Virus record (IMG/VR): IMGVR_UViG_3300007177_000042 | Strand: one strand, 5' to 3' | Source: a virus | Lineage: Duplodnaviria; Caudoviricetes | Length of the DNA stretch: 64,000 nt | Part shown: piece after piece, positions 38,205-48,519 of the stretch | Position numbering within the stretch: the stretch's first letter is position 1 | How the letters are laid out: every line of letters starts with the position of its first letter | The notes under the pieces: model-generated | Databases searched by the model: none | The model's input: only the letters and a program-made list of their open reading frames with translations | Told to the model about the DNA's origin: nothing | Made by a program: the position numbers and the translations under genes

Positions 38205-39544
38205 GTGAATTTTTTGAAATTGAATCGTCCGATAAAGAGTACAAACATAAGGTTTTAGTATGGCCAAACATTACATACTCTGAAAATCTTGAAAAAGACT
38301 CGTATGTTATTGTATTATCAAATGTTATTAAAGCATTGAAATCGGTTCGCGATGATATATTTTGGACTATTGTAACGCCTGCTCATACAAAACTGTTGCA
38401 ATATGAAAATACTGAACAACTTATTTACAAATTCCCGACTTATCCAAATACGATGCGAGTTCATTTCGATGTGGATAAAGTTGCAAATATTCTTGATGTA
38501 CATAATCAGGATTATGACATAATCTATTCTCATCTGCCAGAACATACACTACAATTGGCTAATTATATTTACAACAATGCTGGAATTCGTCCTAAAATTG
38601 TTGGATACTGTCATTGGTATGAAGTCGAAGAAAACACCGGATACAGCAAAAACGTATTTGATCTCAATATTCTAGGTACGTTGGAGATGGAACAATGTGG
38701 TGTCAACTCAAAGTGGTTGAAAGAATTGGTATTACAACGTGCCGAAAGAACATTTAGTGCAGAAGTAATAAACAAACTGAATAGAATTATTCAACCACAT
38801 TATCTATCAAGCGATAGTGATTTTGACAACACCAATAAAACGATTGATAAAAGCATATTTTTCAATCACCGACCAAATGACTATACAGGATGGAACAGTT
38901 TTGTACAAGTCATGGATAAGTTGTGGGAAAAACGACAAGATTTTACTGTATATGTGACTCTTGCTGACGAATGTCGTCCTTACATCAAACGTGTCGAGTT
39001 AGAACGAAACAAATATTTTGACTTCATCAAACAAATGCACGTCGGAGTTGGATATTTTCAGACATATAGTGCATGGTCTTTGAGTGTAACCGATGGATTA
39101 ACAAGAGGTCTTCCATATCTTCTTCCAAAGAAACTATGCTATCCTGAAATGGTTGGCCCCGACTATCCGTTATTTTACGAAAACGAGGCAGAGTTTTTGA
39201 ATAAGCTTGAGGCAGCATTGGATAATAAAAACTTCAAAGTCGATCACGCAAACGAAATGAAAGAAATCGCGGATAGTCTTAGTTATAAAAATACCGTGCT
39301 TCAATGGTTCGATGAGTGGAGTATATTTGATGAATACGAAGTAATAAAGAGAAGTAAGGCGTATACTGATATTGTTAAGTTTATTGAACAAAACAAATGT
39401 GTTTCAAAACGTGATATTCTTGATTACTTGAACTGGGGTAGACAAATATCGTTTACTCCATATCGAAATACATTGAGAGAAGATCCAAGAATCATATTGA
39501 CTAAGGATCGATACATTTTCAAGACCGAGAAAACGACCGGATAA
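38201..39544 (+). CDS. GT-B (GT4-like) glycosyltransferase with extra C-terminal ~50-aa domain
   Basis: [38 protein letters not shown] acceptor/donor motifs. Confidence 0.7.
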   Translation: MSEFFEIESSDKEYKHKVLVWPNITYSENLEKDSYVIVLSNVIKALKSVRDDIFWTIVTPAHTKLLQYENTEQLIYKFPTYPNTMRVHFDVDKVANILDVHNQDYDIIYSHLPEHTLQLANYIYNNAGIRPKIVGYCHWYEVEENTGYSKNVFDLNILGTLEMEQCGVNSKWLKELVLQRAERTFSAEVINKLNRIIQPHYLSSDSDFDNTNKTIDKSIFFNHRPNDYTGWNSFVQVMDKLWEKRQDFTVYVTLADECRPYIKRVELERNKYFDFIKQMHVGVGYFQTYSAWSLSVTDGLTRGLPYLLPKKLCYPEMVGPDYPLFYENEAEFLNKLEAALDNKNFKVDHANEMKEIADSLSYKNTVLQWFDEWSIFDEYEVIKRSKAYTDIVKFIEQNKCVSKRDILDYLNWGRQISFTPYRNTLREDPRIILTKDRYIFKTEKTTG

Positions 39545-39815
39545 TTGCGTTGTTGTGAACAAACGTAATTTTTGGTTGATCTAATACGGTAAAAAACACA
39601 TTGATATTGGCTGCTATTGTAGATGTCACCAACAATCTATATTGTGTTTCACATTCCATTTTAAGTCTGATTTTTTCTGCTTTTCGATTACACGAACACA
39701 TGTCTCTATAAGACTCGACAAGCAAAATATAATCCTTCATACCACCAATCGTATTTGAAATGGCATCATTGTTTTTAAGCAAATTGTAAAACTCCGTAAA
39801 ATTATTGATCGTCAT
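39519..39815 (-). CDS. Hypothetical protein (start ATG 39815, MTINNF)
   Basis: ATGA overlap with the upstream minus-strand gene; CSC motif. Confidence 0.5.
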   Translation of the reverse strand: MTINNFTEFYNLLKNNDAISNTIGGMKDYILLVESYRDMCSCNRKAEKIRLKMECETQYRLLVTSTIAANINVFFTVLDQPKITFVHNNAIIRSFSRS

Positions 39816-40150
39816 AGAATCTTGTTCGTTATGGTAAAATATAACACCATTGATATTAAGTATTGAACACACACGGTATCGATTGTATTAAAGAAAATAG
39901 ACGATAGTATGTTAATCCAAAATCCTATACACCAAGGACACGATATCAATTTTGTAAAGAAACACGGATAAGTCGATTTTAACCAAGGAAGATATTCTAA
40001 TGTAAAATCGTTTTTGTATGCTTCTTCAAATTGGTCGATTTTGAATATCTTTGTTAACTTGAACAGTTTTGAGTATTCGATAAATGCTTCAGTATTGAAC
40101 CAAAGTATAAGTGTTACCGTCGAAAAGCATATTGTGTTTACAAAGTTCAT
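39812..40150 (-). CDS. Small membrane protein with CPWC motif (start ATG 40150)
   Basis: Hydrophobic segments, SCPWCIGFW; ATGA overlap. Confidence 0.5.
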   Translation of the reverse strand: MNFVNTICFSTVTLILWFNTEAFIEYSKLFKLTKIFKIDQFEEAYKNDFTLEYLPWLKSTYPCFFTKLISCPWCIGFWINILSSIFFNTIDTVCVQYLISMVLYFTITNKIL

Positions 40151-41055
40151 AGGGCAGATCTGATAGTGTATTGGTTTTTGATCTGAAACTCTTGTAGGCA
40201 CCTGCCTAACGCCGCCTCAGCCTTACTCTTGAAGTTGTTTCTATCCTCAAAGTATACCACGTAGTTTTTGTATGGGTTTGACCGCAACAAATAGTTCTCT
40301 GCTACAATTATATTGTTCATCAGATATTGTTCAACGTCGATCTTGTTTAGTTTCATTATTTGCGCAGCAAACATAACATAGGTATCATCTACACCGTATG
40401 GACCCAATACGTCTGGAATATCGGTGTGAGTCAGTAAATTAGAACTGATCATGTTAAACCATCCACCACCAAACTTTATTGGATTGCATGGCATAAGATT
40501 GACCGAATCAGAGTATGATTTTCTATTTACCTCGAAATATGGGTTGATGGTTCGTTCACTGCCGTACTTGTTGTCAATAAACTGTGAATTTACCAAATGG
40601 TCCCATGTAGAATCCCATATTTTTGTTATTTGTGGAGAAACGATATAATACTTGTTGGAAATGTGTTTAGCACAATGTATAGCGTAAGCCAAAATCCCAA
40701 CGGGAAATACCAAATCAGAATCAAGATAGATGAATGCATCTACACTATTTCCGAATTTACGTACACTGTTTCGTCTTTTGTCGTTAATACCTCTACATGA
40801 ACCATAGTCATCCACGTCAAAAATATAGTTTTTTGCCCACGATGTGTGTGTTACATATTTCGTAAGCGATTCAAACTTTTCTATGAAAAACTCTTTCGGA
40901 ATTTTGGTTTGATCCCAATTTACAGTGTTTAGATTAAGAGTTACATCCAATGTAACTTCCGCAGAATCAATAACTTCTTGACTCAAAACAGTTAGTTGAC
41001 GTTCAAATTCGTCAAGTTCATGGGGTAGAAGATGTGTAACTATTTGAATTTTCAT
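40147..41055 (-). CDS. GT-A fold glycosyltransferase-like protein
   Basis: FIYLDSD (DxD), KFGGGWF, YGVDDTY. Confidence 0.65.
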   Translation of the reverse strand: MKIQIVTHLLPHELDEFERQLTVLSQEVIDSAEVTLDVTLNLNTVNWDQTKIPKEFFIEKFESLTKYVTHTSWAKNYIFDVDDYGSCRGINDKRRNSVRKFGNSVDAFIYLDSDLVFPVGILAYAIHCAKHISNKYYIVSPQITKIWDSTWDHLVNSQFIDNKYGSERTINPYFEVNRKSYSDSVNLMPCNPIKFGGGWFNMISSNLLTHTDIPDVLGPYGVDDTYVMFAAQIMKLNKIDVEQYLMNNIIVAENYLLRSNPYKNYVVYFEDRNNFKSKAEAALGRCLQEFQIKNQYTIRSAL

Positions 41056-42149
41056 AGGATGTGTTTCTTAAACTTATGCATAGCAGAAGATATTACCTGA
41101 TGCATATCATAATACTTATACTCAGCTAATCGACCGCCAAATATGTATTTTGAGTCTTCTGAGAATAATAATCGATATTGTTGATAACGGTGCATATTTT
41201 TTTCATCATTGATCGGATAGTATTTTTCTTTTCCACGTTCCCACGTTTGTGGAAATTCTTTTGATATAATTGTAAAGTCTTGCGTACCAAACTCAAAATG
41301 TTTGTGTTCGACAATACGAGTGTATGGAATTGATTGTTCTGTAAAGTTCATTACAGCACATCCTTGATAATCTGGTTTGTTTAATCTATATTCTTCGAAA
41401 CGAAGACTTCGATATTCAAGTTCTCCATATTTGTAATCACAAAATTCATCTAATGCACCAGTATAAACCACCTTTTTTGCTAGATTGTCCCATTTATCTT
41501 GGTTTTTCAAATAATCTTCGTTGAGGATAACATCACATCCTTCTTGCATGTTTTCCAACATACGTGTGTATCCTCCAATAGGAATGCCTTGATGACAATC
41601 ATAGAAATAGTTATCGTCAAAGTTGGTACGTATTGGTATTCTGGAAATTATGCTTTTAGGTAATTCTTTGGGTTCTCGTCCCCATTGTTTTTTAGTATAT
41701 CCATGAAAAAATTTCAAATAAATCTCTTCTCCAACCGTAGATAAAAGATGTTCCTCTAAGTTTGAAGGGTTATCAATTTTGACACGAACTTCATTTAGTT
41801 TATTTATAGCTTCTTCTGGAGTGTTGCATCCGAAGATTTGATACAATGTAAACAAATTGATCGGAAACGAGTATATTTGATTTTGATAGTTTACCTTTAC
41901 ACGATTAGTAAAGTGGTTGAATTTTGCAAATCTATTGACGTATGTCCATACGTCTGCATTGGATGTTCTAAAAATGTGAGGACCATATTTGTGGACGTTG
42001 ATGCCGTTGACATTTTCTGTGTACACGTTTCCAGCATTATGCGTCCGTTTGTCAATGATCAAACATTTTAGTCCATGTTCAGTTGCTTGTTGTGCAAAAA
42101 CACTACCAAACATACCACTACCCACTATCAAAAGGTCGTATGATTTCAT
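41052..42149 (-). CDS. glf: UDP-galactopyranose mutase (start ATG 42149)
   Basis: IVGSGMFG, HKYGPHIFRT, GYTKKQWG, LEYRSL, TRIVEHKHF, EKYYPIND, GGRLAEYKYYDM. Confidence 0.95.
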   Translation of the reverse strand: MKSYDLLIVGSGMFGSVFAQQATEHGLKCLIIDKRTHNAGNVYTENVNGINVHKYGPHIFRTSNADVWTYVNRFAKFNHFTNRVKVNYQNQIYSFPINLFTLYQIFGCNTPEEAINKLNEVRVKIDNPSNLEEHLLSTVGEEIYLKFFHGYTKKQWGREPKELPKSIISRIPIRTNFDDNYFYDCHQGIPIGGYTRMLENMQEGCDVILNEDYLKNQDKWDNLAKKVVYTGALDEFCDYKYGELEYRSLRFEEYRLNKPDYQGCAVMNFTEQSIPYTRIVEHKHFEFGTQDFTIISKEFPQTWERGKEKYYPINDEKNMHRYQQYRLLFSEDSKYIFGGRLAEYKYYDMHQVISSAMHKFKKHIL

Positions 42150-43093
42150 TTGCATAAATCAACCATCATATTTGCGTAATGTTTATATGTATTTGGTTTG
42201 TCATGTACAAACCCAGTATTTGTGTTTTTATATTTCGTAATATACGATTCTATAGCGTTAATCATTTCATCGGTGTTATTGAATGATTCGTGATCCGGAA
42301 CAGTGCTATGATTCTTTGCAAAAGTTTTCATTTGTTCTATCGGATTTAGTGCAAATACTTTTGAGTTACACATGGACGATTCCCCAAGTCTTACTGGATA
42401 CTCTAAATGTACTGGTCCAACTTGTTCGTGGAGAGTGACAATAGACCTGTTATAATAACCGATACACTCTTCTGGACTAATAAATCCGTTTCGATTATAT
42501 GTTACTTTGAATCCTCTACGTTCAAGAACATTTAGAATTTTTACGACATTTGGTCTGTTGTTGAGGGTGCCAAAATATGTAACATCAACGTCTTTGTTCA
42601 CAGATCGACGAATATTTGACTGTGCTAGAGAACATGGAATGTACATATAGAACAAATTATCCGTTAACTGATAAAGGTGTTCATTGATTTTTTTACTTTT
42701 TGCAATTTTTTTTCTGAACTCTATAACGTTGATACCCTCCAAACCATATCTTTGATATTCTGGATCGAACCCCTTTGTAAGATATTCTTCGATTACATCG
42801 TTATCGTGTAATATGCTTTTTGAACAAAGATAAAAGTTTGTTTGTGGATTTTTTGCAGCAAGTTGTTCAATATCAAATACTGACCACAAAAATACGTTTG
42901 TTATGTTTGTATATGGAATGTCGAAAAAATCTCCAGATTCTCCAAACAATACGTCTATGTATTTGTTTGAAATGTGATTTCGAAGAGGGGGTGCAAAATG
43001 ATGTGTAGATTGTATGCTCGAAAAAGCATCAATAAAGCCAGTGATTTTGTGTTTATCTCGTATCGCGATATCTCCCGTAACGGCTATTTGCAT
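42146..43093 (-). CDS. Putative glycosyltransferase (GT-B C-terminal-like domain)
   Basis: DVTYFGTLNNRP, YPVRLGE; cluster context. Confidence 0.45.
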   Translation of the reverse strand: MQIAVTGDIAIRDKHKITGFIDAFSSIQSTHHFAPPLRNHISNKYIDVLFGESGDFFDIPYTNITNVFLWSVFDIEQLAAKNPQTNFYLCSKSILHDNDVIEEYLTKGFDPEYQRYGLEGINVIEFRKKIAKSKKINEHLYQLTDNLFYMYIPCSLAQSNIRRSVNKDVDVTYFGTLNNRPNVVKILNVLERRGFKVTYNRNGFISPEECIGYYNRSIVTLHEQVGPVHLEYPVRLGESSMCNSKVFALNPIEQMKTFAKNHSTVPDHESFNNTDEMINAIESYITKYKNTNTGFVHDKPNTYKHYANMMVDLCK

Positions 43094-43839
43094 AAAATTG
43101 AGTTTCTTTCTTTTGTTATAAGCACCGAATAACTATTAGATTTGTAATATACTTGATTTGATATATTTCCAAACGAATCTATTTTTTGAAGTACGTTTTC
43201 AATATAGTCCGTTGTTACATATAATTGTTCTAATGACTCGGGAACAAACGATAACTGGTTCAGAAGATCATTTCTAACCAATATTGCATTACCTGTATAG
43301 CAAACCATTTTATACCCTTTTGTTTGTGCTAATTTTGATACGGATAAAATAGAACATCCACCTGAAGATTTGAATTCTTGATCCACAGTATAGTTACTAT
43401 TTGTTTCTATTAGAACAATTTTTGGACGAAATTTGTTCATTGATTCAAATATCAAACAGTCGCAGGAGTCTACATCTATCGACATCAAACAAAATTCGTC
43501 ATCCGTCAAGTTAAATTTCGATTTTGTGAGAATGTTATCTATCGAATTGTTGTGATTTATGTCTGGTTCAATAAATGCGTTGATACATTCTATGTTTTTA
43601 TTTTTTGATGATAGATCGTTTAAATCCACACATCGAGATTTGTTTCCTTCGATCAATATCGCATTAAATCTCTGATCTTTCCATAAGTTAAATACGTTAC
43701 TCAAATATATGCCGTCCCATGCTCCAAATTCAACAACGACTCCATTAGAAATGTGTAATTCTTTAAACAACTGTTCTATAATACCGTCTTCTCCATTCTG
43801 AGAAAAAACGTTTTTTGCATATTTAATGTATCCATTCAT
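43084..43839 (-). CDS. FkbM-like SAM-dependent methyltransferase
   Basis: FSQNGEDGII, VEFGAWDG, LIEG, SIDVDSCD, IETN. Confidence 0.75.
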   Translation of the reverse strand: MNGYIKYAKNVFSQNGEDGIIEQLFKELHISNGVVVEFGAWDGIYLSNVFNLWKDQRFNAILIEGNKSRCVDLNDLSSKNKNIECINAFIEPDINHNNSIDNILTKSKFNLTDDEFCLMSIDVDSCDCLIFESMNKFRPKIVLIETNSNYTVDQEFKSSGGCSILSVSKLAQTKGYKMVCYTGNAILVRNDLLNQLSFVPESLEQLYVTTDYIENVLQKIDSFGNISNQVYYKSNSYSVLITKERNSILCK

Positions 43840-43842
43840 AGT

Positions 43843-44550
43843 TTATATTTTGATGTATTCCACAGACGGAACGACAAAAAATTTTGTTTTCATTTGATAA
43901 TCATACCAACTTTCGTTAGTATTTGGTTTGATATGTGACGACATTATACAGATTTGTTTGAAATTTTGGTTAATATGTCGAATGGACGATGCCAACATAT
44001 GAGGTCCTGAATTTAAAGAAACAAAAGTATGACAACAGTTGATCAAGTCAACATATGTAGTAAGATCCGGTACCTCAATGTATTCAAATCCAAATGTTAA
44101 TCCGGAAGAATTTTTGTTTACAATCAATTTGACATTTGTATATGTTGACTTTATGTATTTTACAACACGGTCTATATCATATGATACGGTAATAGATCCC
44201 AAATCAATTAACACATCAATGTTTGATATATCGTTTTTTGGTTGATAGTATATCTTTGGAAAGCTGTTTTTTGGAACCAATCCATGAATATATTCCCAGT
44301 TTTTGATAAAATCATCGAATCGATTTTCGTATGATCTTCCGGGAATATCTCCCAATGTCCATTTGACATCTGATTGCCCTTTTATGTATGGATTTTTATC
44401 CCATACTATGGATCTTGTTGATGCGCTTCGAAACGGTGCGTCGTTGGTAAGAAACACCTCATGACCCTGTTCATGAAAACGTTCTGGTAAAGTGGAGAAT
44501 TGCAGCGTGTCACCTAGTCCACCAAAATAAGATTTGATTCCGTGTATCAT
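43843..44550 (-). CDS. GT9-like glycosyltransferase
   Basis: GGLGDTLQFS and FVSLNSGPHMLAS motifs. Confidence 0.55.
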   Translation of the reverse strand: MIHGIKSYFGGLGDTLQFSTLPERFHEQGHEVFLTNDAPFRSASTRSIVWDKNPYIKGQSDVKWTLGDIPGRSYENRFDDFIKNWEYIHGLVPKNSFPKIYYQPKNDISNIDVLIDLGSITVSYDIDRVVKYIKSTYTNVKLIVNKNSSGLTFGFEYIEVPDLTTYVDLINCCHTFVSLNSGPHMLASSIRHINQNFKQICIMSSHIKPNTNESWYDYQMKTKFFVVPSVEYIKI

Positions 44551-45155
44551 GACCCAAAAATAAAACCCAATTGGTAGTTTTCAAAAATAGGAGATTTTCC
44601 AATTTGTGCCATAAATTCCTTTATCAGATATCCTTTGGCCATACTATCTTTATTTATATGATCGTCTATAACGATAAGTGTATGTGGTTGTAAATTCTTC
44701 ATGATCGCACAAAGTTCTTTCAGATGATGAATTTGTGACGGCATTGGGTTTTTTGTATCCAAATCAAATGAGTCGAGATAAACCATATCTACTTTTTCTT
44801 TGTATCCCCAAAGAAATGGAATTGAGTCTGAACATATTATGTTTGATTTTTTACTCACTTTAGAACGAGCATGTGAACAGTTTTTTTCGTTTATATCCAC
44901 TGAAGTAAAACTTCCACCATGTACATTTATAAATTGATCAAACAAAAAGGAGCTACATCCATCGTCACCAAAGGCCATATCACCGTGATCCGAACGCATG
45001 ACGCCAGTCTCCAAGATTACCGGGTTTGATATTTTCTCCAAATATTCAAATATAAACTGAAAGTTATCACCTCTGTTACGTATTGGATTGGAAGGATGTC
45101 CCGGTTTGAACATCAACGGATAATATGTAGATTTAAACGTCTCTGAAAATTTCAT
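44547..45155 (-). CDS. Class I SAM-dependent methyltransferase
   Basis: ILETG, SVDI, CSDSI, MVYLDSFD, IVIDD. Confidence 0.75.
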   Translation of the reverse strand: MKFSETFKSTYYPLMFKPGHPSNPIRNRGDNFQFIFEYLEKISNPVILETGVMRSDHGDMAFGDDGCSSFLFDQFINVHGGSFTSVDINEKNCSHARSKVSKKSNIICSDSIPFLWGYKEKVDMVYLDSFDLDTKNPMPSQIHHLKELCAIMKNLQPHTLIVIDDHINKDSMAKGYLIKEFMAQIGKSPIFENYQLGFIFGS

Positions 45156-45961
45156 GGTAAATATAGGTTTTGGTTTCGTTTGGGACCACAGATCAAATCA
45201 CGATGTCGAGATAATACAATTTTTGAATTTTTGAAATTGGACATCAACAACCATTTTTTGGGTCTGTTGTTTTCTCTTGTACCACCCCACACATCTTGTG
45301 ATTCAAAATCGATCCAATAACATCCGGATTTGTATCCTTTTTTAAACGCTCTATAACACAAATCATGATCATCCATATCCTGTGGAGAAAATGATTCATC
45401 AAAATAATTCAATTCTTGTAAGACGCTGTGTTTCAACAATAACGGTCCTCGATTGACAGAATCACGCATAGCGAACGTGTTTCGATCTATATTTCTTCTA
45501 TCTGCGTGATCTGTGTGAAACAAAATATCGGCCCAATCGTTTCCGTGAAATTCTGATACATGTACATCTTTTGATTGAGGATTCAAAATCCAATTGTGAG
45601 CCATTCTGGCCGTTACCGCAAACACATCTCCGAACGTGTATATCGGTTTTAACATTCGTATGTTCCATCCGTGTTCCTTGACAATCATATCATCTTGAAC
45701 AATGATAATATGATCTCCGTCACTATTTTTTGCAGCCAAATTGTTTGCTTGTGTTTCGAATACATTTGGGGCATATAGTTTTTTTGTTTTTATGGATGGG
45801 TTGGATAACATGAACCGATCTACAATAGATTCAGATTCATCAGTACAACCATCTAGTACAATTACAAGTTCGTATGGACCGACTGTATTTTCTTTAATAC
45901 CATCGAGAACACGTTGTAAAAGAAACCCTTTGTTATGAACCGTTAAATTTACACTCAGCAT
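45152..45961 (-). CDS. GT2 glycosyltransferase
   Basis: LVIVLDGCTDES, IVQDD, DMDDHDLCYR. Confidence 0.85.
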   Translation of the reverse strand: MLSVNLTVHNKGFLLQRVLDGIKENTVGPYELVIVLDGCTDESESIVDRFMLSNPSIKTKKLYAPNVFETQANNLAAKNSDGDHIIIVQDDMIVKEHGWNIRMLKPIYTFGDVFAVTARMAHNWILNPQSKDVHVSEFHGNDWADILFHTDHADRRNIDRNTFAMRDSVNRGPLLLKHSVLQELNYFDESFSPQDMDDHDLCYRAFKKGYKSGCYWIDFESQDVWGGTRENNRPKKWLLMSNFKNSKIVLSRHRDLICGPKRNQNLYLP

Positions 45962-45962
45962 A

Positions 45963-46637
45963 TTATTTCACGTCATTTACATTACATTTTACAAAACATC
46001 GCAATATACTAGGAAAGTATTGTTTGTTGTGTTTTATTATTAAATTTGATAGTACACTCTGATCATATCTGTGATCGACATATTCTGGTAAGTTAGGAAG
46101 ACCACAAACATTTGGATCGTCAGTGATAATACGTGCATCTTTACAATATCCAAGCCATTCTGATATAAAATCTTTGGATTCGTCGGTATTTTTAAATGCA
46201 CATATACCAGCTTCACATTGAATTTCGTCCCAATAATGATGTGAGTCACAGTTCATATAATAAAAGGTATCTCGTTTTGTATACATTTTATTTTTGAATG
46301 AACCTTTTAGAAACAACATTGATGGACTTGTCATGTTTTCTTTTATAACGTCGATTGCCTCTCCAGTGTATATGTCTGCACAATCGATATAAAACACAAC
46401 ATCTCCATGTGGTATTTGGGTTAACGCATCCAATATAATGTGTGGTTTCCACAGACAAAACCCACTCCCTCGTTCTCTATCCAAAATTGTTTTGTTTTCG
46501 GCATAAAACGACGTAGTTTTTAATTGATCAAACGTGTATGTAAAGGTATTCAAATTTAACGATTTTGAATATTCTTTCAAATTCATTTGATGATCTGTGT
46601 ATTTGTAATTTGAAAATGTAACAACGTGTATGTTCAT
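45963..46637 (-). CDS. GT-A fold glycosyltransferase-like protein
   Basis: GFCLWKPHII, FYIDCAD, HRYDQSVLS. Confidence 0.6.
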   Translation of the reverse strand: MNIHVVTFSNYKYTDHQMNLKEYSKSLNLNTFTYTFDQLKTTSFYAENKTILDRERGSGFCLWKPHIILDALTQIPHGDVVFYIDCADIYTGEAIDVIKENMTSPSMLFLKGSFKNKMYTKRDTFYYMNCDSHHYWDEIQCEAGICAFKNTDESKDFISEWLGYCKDARIITDDPNVCGLPNLPEYVDHRYDQSVLSNLIIKHNKQYFPSILRCFVKCNVNDVK

Positions 46638-46638
46638 A

Positions 46639-47703
46639 TCACACCTTATATTTATCTGTGTATTCCACGCGCGTATAGTATGCTTGCAAATATTCTTTTG
46701 GCTTCGATTTTAAGATGTTGTATAAACGGTCGTTTTGTGAAAAAAATGGATTTTTTGAAGAAGAATTTGAACCACGTTCGTGTTCAAAGTGATAAACAAT
46801 TCTATCTTTTAAATGTAATACTTTTGTTTCTAAATTTACAAAACGACTGTATCGTTCAAAGTCTTCGGGGCCATATGATACAAAATACTCATTTTCACCA
46901 CCATATTGTTTATAAGTATTTGTATTGAAAAATTGGCAATGTCCGAACCAACTTAGAAAATACATTGTTTCAAAATCAGAGTCTACCAATTTTGTAAGTG
47001 ACGGATCCACAATAATCTTGTCTCTACCAGACGGGTTTACCTTGTGTTGAAAGTTTCCGTAGCCATACGGATATACCAAATCATAGTTTTCATTTAGAAT
47101 TTTTTTACACGCTTCCACATAAGATTCAACAGGAAGCACAACATCTATATCATAATTCACCGTTATTGGTGTTTTTGACATGTTTAACATGTAATTTAGA
47201 TATCTAGTTCTATGAAATATTTGAGTATCGTTTTGTTCAAAAATGTGTGTTACATTGTCTTTGACAATATTTTGTAACTTTGAATGTTCATCCATTTCAT
47301 AGATTATGATATTGGTATCTAAATTGGTTGATAGATAATTTATCGTTGCATGAAAGTTCTGTAGTCTGTCGTTGCTGTCAATTTTTACGGGTATTATGAA
47401 AGTAGCATCCGTCAACTTTACAAACCCATTTGTTGTTGATTTTGCATGCTTTATTGTTATCTGTCCCTTTTTTAGGCTATTTGTTTTGTTGATACAATCC
47501 GACAAAAAAGTATTTTCGTTTTGGTTGTAATTGGGAATCGATATAGTTTCTTTAACTGTGTTGGTTTGCTGTGTCTCAAGAACCCGTAACAACGCAGGAT
47601 CAGCATTTCGTCGTCTTGCTTTATCGCTAATATATGAGTTATCGCCGTTCATGTTTTTTAAATCCGATTGTTTGTAGAGTTTGCCAGCATCAAATGTTTT
47701 CAT
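46639..47703 (-). CDS. GT7/GT2-like galactosyltransferase
   Basis: FIIPVKIDS, NYDIDVV, GGENEYFVSYGPEDFER, YHFEH. Confidence 0.75.
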   Translation of the reverse strand: MKTFDAGKLYKQSDLKNMNGDNSYISDKARRRNADPALLRVLETQQTNTVKETISIPNYNQNENTFLSDCINKTNSLKKGQITIKHAKSTTNGFVKLTDATFIIPVKIDSNDRLQNFHATINYLSTNLDTNIIIYEMDEHSKLQNIVKDNVTHIFEQNDTQIFHRTRYLNYMLNMSKTPITVNYDIDVVLPVESYVEACKKILNENYDLVYPYGYGNFQHKVNPSGRDKIIVDPSLTKLVDSDFETMYFLSWFGHCQFFNTNTYKQYGGENEYFVSYGPEDFERYSRFVNLETKVLHLKDRIVYHFEHERGSNSSSKNPFFSQNDRLYNILKSKPKEYLQAYYTRVEYTDKYKV

Positions 47704-48518
47704 AGAAGAAGCCAGTCGGGTTGATATAAGTCTTTGGTGTCAAGATCTTTAAGGTGTTCTTTAAACCATCTAGAAGGCGCCACGGTTTTTTTGGAATTGG
47801 ACTTACTAAGCCAACAACCCCACCAACTATATGAACTATTTGCTAAAATATAATGATCACACATGGTCATGATACACAAATCTACATATTGATTTTTGCT
47901 TTCAGAGATGAAAAAATTATCTGATCCAGCAAAAGTTGATTTGGCCCAGTTGATATCGTCTGTTAAAACAATAAAATTGTAAGGTTTGTCTGAAAAATAT
48001 GTAGTCAATGCTTTGTTGTAATAGTCTGTTGTACAAATTCCTCCGTGCCATGGGAAATCTAAATAATCTCCACGACGCACGTGAATAGATACGGTTTCTT
48101 GATCTTTTTTTGGATCAACAAACGATCTTGCTTCAGAAATAATATCATCGTGAAACGTAAATTCTTTTTTAACCAGATCGTTTACATGGTCAAAATACTT
48201 GTTGGTTTGAAAATATCCACGCAGATTTACGTTGTCTCCTGTATTAAAGAATCTATCTTGAAAATGAAAGTTTTGATCACCCTCGGTTATTTCTGGATAC
48301 GATTGTGTTGTATGTTTTGCCGACAAATTAAAACACTTATTCAATGACAATATATCTCTTCTATTATCTACACCAAACTCTCTCCATGTTTTGGAGTCAC
48401 CGATATCATAATTTATACCATATTCACAATTTTGTTTTGATGCAATGCCAAGTAGGGCAGCATATTGAAACATTTGATTGCCCAAACGTCCGTGTGTACC
48501 GATCTTACATGTAATCAT
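47700..48518 (-). CDS. GT11 alpha-1,2-fucosyltransferase-like protein
   Basis: GRLGNQMFQYA, GYFQ, SIHVRRGDY, TDD, ANSSYSWWG. Confidence 0.9.
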   Translation of the reverse strand: MITCKIGTHGRLGNQMFQYAALLGIASKQNCEYGINYDIGDSKTWREFGVDNRRDILSLNKCFNLSAKHTTQSYPEITEGDQNFHFQDRFFNTGDNVNLRGYFQTNKYFDHVNDLVKKEFTFHDDIISEARSFVDPKKDQETVSIHVRRGDYLDFPWHGGICTTDYYNKALTTYFSDKPYNFIVLTDDINWAKSTFAGSDNFFISESKNQYVDLCIMTMCDHYILANSSYSWWGCWLSKSNSKKTVAPSRWFKEHLKDLDTKDLYQPDWLLL

Positions 48519-48519
48519 A

